64,000 nucleotides of DNA from Candidatus Pacearchaeota archaeon UBA73 (GTDB taxonomy: Archaea; Nanobdellota; Nanobdellia; Pacearchaeales; GW2011-AR1). Where the stretch lies: positions 154,612 to 218,611 of the forward strand of contig DAIF01000004.1 in the NCBI GenBank assembly GCA_002496015.1, written 5' to 3'. Positions 59,601-64,000 of this stretch are shown here, one piece after another. Position numbers and translations under genes: made by a program. Numbering within the stretch: the first letter of the stretch is position 1; each line of letters begins with the position of its first letter. The notes under the pieces were generated by a model. That model worked only from the letters and a program-made list of their open reading frames with translations. It was not told the origin of the DNA and ran no database searches.

Positions 59601-62600
59601 CGAGGCGCCGGCTTTTTTCAAAACGATTCTGTTCAGTCCATCATAAGTCAGATAGGTAGTAATGCCCCTTCCATCTGTCTGATTAACTAAATTGCCGTTA
59701 AGGTCATAGGCATAAGTCCAGTTGTTCATATTAGGATCGTCGTAAACTGTCTTCCTTCCAAGACTGTCGTATCCAAAAACAAAGTCGTTTCCTTTTGTAT
59801 CTGTTATCTTCAATAGGTTATTGTCTGTCCTGTATTCATATGTTGTATTGTAAACTTCTCCATCGTTGTATTCTAAAACTTTCTTTATTCTATCAAGTCC
59901 GTCAAGCGTATAATCTATTCTGTTTCCATTTTCGTCGAATTGGCTGACAGTGGTCCTGTTAAATACAACTGTAATGCTCGTATTGTCCTGTTTTGTCAAC
60001 TCAACTACTCTGTCAAGCGCGTCATACTCGTATCTTATTAATGGCTCAGTTGATACGGCACTCAATGAAGTCGAATACGAATCAAAATAAGGATTCTGCT
60101 CTTCTTTTATTCTGTATTTCTCGTCATAGAAATAATTCTTAACTATCTGCTTACCTTCAAACAGAGTTTTTATCTGCACAGGATTACTGAATCCGTCGTA
60201 AAAGTAAAGAACTTCGGAATAACCCAAATCATTTTTGCTTTGTATTTTTATGATTTCTGGAGCAGTTCCATCCAATAAGTAGGTGTAGTTCTTTGTTGGT
60301 GATCCTGTTGTATCTGGTGAAATTATCTCAGTTCTTATTCTTCCGAATGTATCATAGGTAAATGTCTTGCTCAGTCCATGTCTTATTTCAGAAAGGAGGT
60401 TTCCTGTTCCGAAGTCATAAACATAATTAATCGTATGTCCTTTCTGATTTGTTTCCTTAATCCTGAAAGTTCCTGTTGCATCATAATTAAACGTTGAATT
60501 GAACCCTAAAGGTTGGGTTTCTTTTATTACATTTCCAAATGAATCATAAGCATACAACGATTCAGGATCGCTCCCTGCGTTGTTATATCTCCTGACTTTT
60601 GTCAAATCTCCTTTTGTAATTCCTGGAGCCAGATTGTCGTAAAAGTAAGATGTCCTGCTTACAACCGTTGTTCCATCTGAAGCAAGAAGAGTATAATTAG
60701 CAGGCCTGTCGACCACATAATTTCCTAAATTATAAACGTACTCGAACTTTTCGAATTTCTCATCTCCAGAAATATCAACTTTCCCAAGATTGTTTATTTC
60801 TCTTACATTTCCATAAGAATCGTATTCAAATGAGATGTTATTTACAACCGGTGTAAGTTCTCCGTCGTAAATTTGAGTGGACGTCTGACTCAATAACACC
60901 ATGTTGTTCGGAGAAACATAAACATTGAAGTTCTCAGCCATTAACTTCTCTGACGAATCGTAAATACTTGTCCTAAATTCCCTTCCCTTCAAGACATCGT
61001 CCTGATGATAGAAATGGGAAATTACAGAATTATCGGGTAGGGTTTCATTGACTTTTGCGAATCCTTTGAATTCCTGAGAAATGTAGTCATATTTGCCTCC
61101 TGAATATAGATAAGAATAAAGTGAACCTGCTGCAAACTCCCCGCTTAGCGCATTGTCCATCAAGGTGCCATTAACAAGCCAGATGTTAAATCCGAGATCA
61201 TTGCCGTTGTCATTTAATGTCGATTGAGTGTATTCTATTTCAGTTACTCCCCCGTAAGCGTTTGTAACGCTCTTTAAGAGAAACGCCCGGTTTTCTTCTT
61301 TTATGTAGGTCAATCCAAGATAAGGGGACTGTTGATATGCAACAACTATATCTGCATATCCATCACCATTCACGTCTGCAATTCTCCTGCCTATGTTATA
61401 TCCCCGGTCTGTGAATCTCTCCGTGCTGTTCCATCCAACTGCTTGCACCCACCCAGTTCCATTATTTAGTTTTGTATCTGACGCAAAGGTTATGTTCTGC
61501 CCAATTGTACAATTGGTTCCGTTCTGATCCATGCATGTCTGGTTTATTATGCTAACGTTACTAAAAAAGTTCTGAAGAATATCAACCAATCCGTCGCCGT
61601 TAATATCCATGAATCTGACTCCTAAGTCTGGTCTGTTTGGATGGTCTACGAAGTTAAGATTGGGGGCAAATCCAGAGCTATTCATCCACCCGGTTCCGTT
61701 GTTTATCCATGCGCCTCCAGGTTGTCCGCCCTTGATTAAGTCTGGCAGTCCGTCTCCATTTAAATCAAGGATTCTCAACCCATTATCTTTATTATCACTT
61801 GTAGTAAAGAAATCAGGAACAACCCAACTAGAAGAACTTTCCCATCCAGTTCCGTTGTTTATCCATGCTGCTTTTGTGCTTGGTGCCTGAGCTCTTAATA
61901 TATCAACTCTCCCGTTTCCGTTTAAATCAACTAACTCAACTCCCAAATCATTACCGCTTCCGTCAATAAAATCAACTGGTAAGTTCCAGTTTGCGTCAGC
62001 ATACCATCCGGTTCCATTATTTATGTAAACTTGTCTTGTGCCCCCTTTCCCTTTTAGCAAATCAATCAAACCGTCGCCATTTACATCAGCAAATCTTACT
62101 CCTTGATCAATATTATTGCTGTCCACAATATCAAAAGGCGTTATAAAGTGTGAAGTTGAATTCCATCCATCTACTTTGTTGTTCAATCTTGTTTCTCGTG
62201 TTCCAGATTTAGCTTTGACTAAATCGGGGAAACCATCATTGTTCACATCAATGAGTCTCACCCCAAAGTCTTTCTTTGTTGTATCAGTTGCAGAGAACGC
62301 AAACCCTTCTGGCACTATCCACTTCCCCGTTGAGTTGTCAAATCCCTTAACAGTTTCGTAATAATCAAATCTGATTGTATTTAGAACAGAGATGCCATCG
62401 GCACCTATGTATGTGATGTCAGCCAAAGCAGAGACCGATTTTGAATCTTCTTGGGTATGCAAATACCCAAAAGTGTATTTCCTTACTAATGAATTATTTG
62501 CATAAACAGTTATTTCACTCAACCTTCTGCTCTCATCAAGCATATTGCCTTGTTCAAACACAAGTCTTCTGTCTGGTCTTGCCTGGCTTTCATAATCAAA

Positions 62601-63368
62601 CACGATTTTTCTTAACCGATCGTTATTGTAAGTTATATTTGACAAATAAACTGCTCCAACATCTCCGGCAAATGGATTTTTCAAATATGAATAGAACACG
62701 CTGTTGTTATGTACATCTTGAATTAGATCCAAACTCCACCTAAGCTCGTAATCCTTTCCTGTGTTTGATTCAAGCAACGAGTCATCATTAAATCCAAATC
62801 TGTATTTCGTTCCATCTGTAGTAGTCACAAGCCAATACATATTTCCTGCATTACTCAGATTCTGTATTCTGTAATGCGCGGGATTTATCTCGCTTTTCCA
62901 CTGCGTGCCGTTAAACAACACCTTAAGTCTCGTCCCACCAAGCGCAAGAACAAAATAATCGTCGCTCACATCATCAACTGTGTGATTTACATTTCTCATG
63001 ACGTAATTCTCACTCAGGCTCCATCCGCTTCCAAGAGTTCCAGGTCGTTGCAAAGCACTCTGACTGTTATAAAACAAACTCACAGATGGCTGCATGTCGT
63101 TCACTCCGCGAGGCACAATTATTTGATAATTATATGTCCCGGCACCAACAAACAACTCCGTGCTGTATTCCCCGAACGTCTCAAGTTTCGGAACATCTCC
63201 GACACTTGCTTTGTGCAAGTATGGTTTGTATTCTTCGGATGTGGATTGCGCGCTTGCGAATCCATAGGTCAGCATTATCATAAGGACCACAGAGATTGAT
63301 ATGGATGCGATTGTCCAGACTCTTTCTTGACCATTATTTCTCCATCCGATTTTTCTTTTTGTCCTCAT
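56499..63368 (-). CDS. SpvB/FG-GAP/TcdB-mid/YD-repeat (Tc-BC/RHS shell-like) protein fused to beta-helix and DNRLRE-like domains
   Basis: N-terminal TM; VPRG...PSVSLFYNS...GSGW SpvB-like start; six DxNGDG.xD repeats; GGKYD..EFKGFAKV; many YDxxGN/YDxLGR repeats; parallel beta-helix; FYSKEY...RPYLNITY. Confidence 0.88.
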   Translation of the reverse strand: MRTKRKIGWRNNGQERVWTIASISISVVLMIMLTYGFASAQSTSEEYKPYLHKASVGDVPKLETFGEYSTELFVGAGTYNYQIIVPRGVNDMQPSVSLFYNSQSALQRPGTLGSGWSLSENYVMRNVNHTVDDVSDDYFVLALGGTRLKVLFNGTQWKSEINPAHYRIQNLSNAGNMYWLVTTTDGTKYRFGFNDDSLLESNTGKDYELRWSLDLIQDVHNNSVFYSYLKNPFAGDVGAVYLSNITYNNDRLRKIVFDYESQARPDRRLVFEQGNMLDESRRLSEITVYANNSLVRKYTFGYLHTQEDSKSVSALADITYIGADGISVLNTIRFDYYETVKGFDNSTGKWIVPEGFAFSATDTTKKDFGVRLIDVNNDGFPDLVKAKSGTRETRLNNKVDGWNSTSHFITPFDIVDSNNIDQGVRFADVNGDGLIDLLKGKGGTRQVYINNGTGWYADANWNLPVDFIDGSGNDLGVELVDLNGNGRVDILRAQAPSTKAAWINNGTGWESSSSWVVPDFFTTSDNKDNGLRILDLNGDGLPDLIKGGQPGGAWINNGTGWMNSSGFAPNLNFVDHPNRPDLGVRFMDINGDGLVDILQNFFSNVSIINQTCMDQNGTNCTIGQNITFASDTKLNNGTGWVQAVGWNSTERFTDRGYNIGRRIADVNGDGYADIVVAYQQSPYLGLTYIKEENRAFLLKSVTNAYGGVTEIEYTQSTLNDNGNDLGFNIWLVNGTLMDNALSGEFAAGSLYSYLYSGGKYDYISQEFKGFAKVNETLPDNSVISHFYHQDDVLKGREFRTSIYDSSEKLMAENFNVYVSPNNMVLLSQTSTQIYDGELTPVVNNISFEYDSYGNVREINNLGKVDISGDEKFEKFEYVYNLGNYVVDRPANYTLLASDGTTVVSRTSYFYDNLAPGITKGDLTKVRRYNNAGSDPESLYAYDSFGNVIKETQPLGFNSTFNYDATGTFRIKETNQKGHTINYVYDFGTGNLLSEIRHGLSKTFTYDTFGRIRTEIISPDTTGSPTKNYTYLLDGTAPEIIKIQSKNDLGYSEVLYFYDGFSNPVQIKTLFEGKQIVKNYFYDEKYRIKEEQNPYFDSYSTSLSAVSTEPLIRYEYDALDRVVELTKQDNTSITVVFNRTTVSQFDENGNRIDYTLDGLDRIKKVLEYNDGEVYNTTYEYRTDNNLLKITDTKGNDFVFGYDSLGRKTVYDDPNMNNWTYAYDLNGNLVNQTDGRGITTYLTYDGLNRIVLKKAGASNITFVYDAQFNGTLSNISTRGNYFKDVHNRYIYDSRLRVIEERIYLCYTEAFGPGSRCDWIDVSVSYDSQDRILNMHLPADTLNYEYNEIGKLKNASGLLNNVNYNSFGKIANKTYANNLITRYHYDELGRIDNLQTGALQNLSYLYDNVGNVKEINDLKNSKKYLMEYDELNRMTSADISNSSRFENFTYVYDETGNILGTIYRENNVLNPGSGEIITIVTNYTYNGLAHAPVEQMIARPLYVNVTVCGTLKYPNTIYLIQSDIIANNPCFIVGAHNITIEGLKHTIYGNDSLNTIGIDAHDKDYLTVRNLTVRDFGTGINFQSSSGSYISIFDVNSISNVGDGIWIHSGIERHILHNVNASYNRFNGIYFYGIAAQPRAAELINIIASNNLGDGINIAQYGASGSEYTLTNLVANGNGGNGVDIWGARRTVIENLIADGNGAAGLKISDSSFSSILHSNVSSVSLTGDPSINVTFMDSLYHTESVAAGHSLIRKWYLDAQVKDSQGISVYQANVTGYNVLGVVMFSTLTNTGGFITTQELAEYTNAGGTRIYQTNYTINASKADYSSTREFVNLTANKSLVFTLHSLAEPPILIRVITPNASNVNVTRNEFFNVTVNVTCIQTHCGNINIGFDPIVQTFNDSSSAKNFTGPGKWSNLTYIRLPKNATIFSASLDITGYRDGGSNYPLNVTLDVANDGDLEYSKMQVPTSLILQEAESENLEDTYNFLGSLLQFGSIDTLRSGANSAGWNISHVFLKFKMPSEIESIISSKLYLYFYGAEGSSAFLGNNIMSVFRLNNQTWTENCYGSPLPGQICPFSNIGSTLDSFTVTTRIPNNNPRWVNYDVTAGVSEALGGSTVSFALNSTNPSSGALYKFYSKEYPADSTKRPYLNITYISSGLSTTVQVSDFRSEVSDYLSTCSPDANGYCNVPLNISGFKGIVQLSNLVIDYFPDKIKFGLISTMAGDTPFYTNQSNPRTINLDMGQSQVVTAWINATGKENTTHIHSLYMLTKQQFLMRMLAPRNGTLQLREAS

Positions 63369-63376
63369 TTTTTATC

Positions 63377-63808
63377 TTAAAGTGGCGACCAAAAATAGAA
63401 AATTAATGTCGCGATTATTAGAATCTGAATAATTCTGAGGGTAATAATTAGACGATTGATAGTCCTGTCGGTTTGTTTGGTAGTCCAGATGTAATTAAAC
63501 CATTCATTAATACGGTATAATGGGGCAAGGAATTCTCCAATATCAACAAAAACAAGTTTATTAAAAGTAGATTTATTTTTCTTTCTTAATAGATTAAATA
63601 AGCTGGTGTTTACTGCGGAAAGTGTTGCCATAAGAATAAGGAAAATAAAGGCAGACGCAAAAAAATTATCTTTAAACAAGTCTAAATAATTAATTCTCCC
63701 AGAATTCATCAAGGAAAGAAAGATAAATAATACTAGGGCATATCTAGTTACAAGGTAAATAACTAATCTGTTTGAACTTCTCACATTATTTTTTTTCTTG
63801 TCTTTCAT
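63377..63808 (-). CDS. small 3-TM membrane protein (possible immunity protein)
   Basis: AT-rich ORF tightly packed between an upstream ORF end and the shell gene. Confidence 0.6.
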   Translation of the reverse strand: MKDKKKNNVRSSNRLVIYLVTRYALVLFIFLSLMNSGRINYLDLFKDNFFASAFIFLILMATLSAVNTSLFNLLRKKNKSTFNKLVFVDIGEFLAPLYRINEWFNYIWTTKQTDRTINRLIITLRIIQILIIATLIFYFWSPL

Positions 63809-63809
63809 A

Positions 63810-63998
63810 TTAACTCTTCACACATATGCCAGTACATAAGTTTCCACCAAGCATACGAGTATAAATTCCGCTTACACTTTTGCTGTTAGTTGTACTTCTA
63901 CTCGACCAACTTCCTCCCCCGATTGAGGATGTCCTTTCTCGAACATCTATTTTAATCATATCAATTAGCATTTTTAGAGGATGAAGGTCTAGATAACT
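63810..63998 (-). CDS. C-terminal end of an ORF entering from outside the window
   Basis: open frame SYLDLHPLKMLIDM...GGGSWSS...GGNLCTGICVKS* ending just before the next ATG. Confidence 0.5.
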   Translation of the reverse strand, partial: SYLDLHPLKMLIDMIKIDVRERTSSIGGGSWSSRSTTNSKSVSGIYTRMLGGNLCTGICVKS

Positions 63999-64000
63999 CT

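Noticed and set aside
61300-62260. Recurrent ~150-nt similar units (possible CRISPR or tandem repeat)
   Set aside because: These are coding FG-GAP/VCBS repeats (NNGTGW, DxNGDG), not repeat-spacer arrays; no cas genes in the window.

Overview
Chromosomal segment of an AT-rich, small-genome archaeon, most likely DPANN (Pacearchaeota/Woesearchaeota-like). The call rests on archaeal RFC-S/L, FEN1 and family-B polymerase with PIP boxes, eL41, Trm5, type II MAP, a HerA-like ATPase with an intein, and TATA boxes ~22-25 nt upstream of start codons. Housekeeping genes alternate with small accessory inserts. Main observations: (1) several toxin/RNase cassettes (hicBA, NYN, RelE-like TA, probably MNT-HEPN) lie between two copies of the 3' end of the neighbouring gene, with no integrase or transposase nearby; (2) a ~6.6-kb locus of two paralogous secreted thioredoxin-fold proteins and two secreted 8-Cys peptides, one with a leader broken by a 1-nt homopolymer frameshift; (3) a ~3,233-aa SpvB/FG-GAP/YD toxin-shell protein that lacks the RHS core and toxin, continues into adhesin domains and is split by an extra dinucleotide; (4) an SMC with condensin-type heads but a central Rad50-like CxxC hook; (5) a bacterial-type PlsC acyltransferase between rfcS and rfcL. 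No CRISPR array, tRNA or rRNA was recognised. All calls come from reading motifs by eye; no database searches were run.
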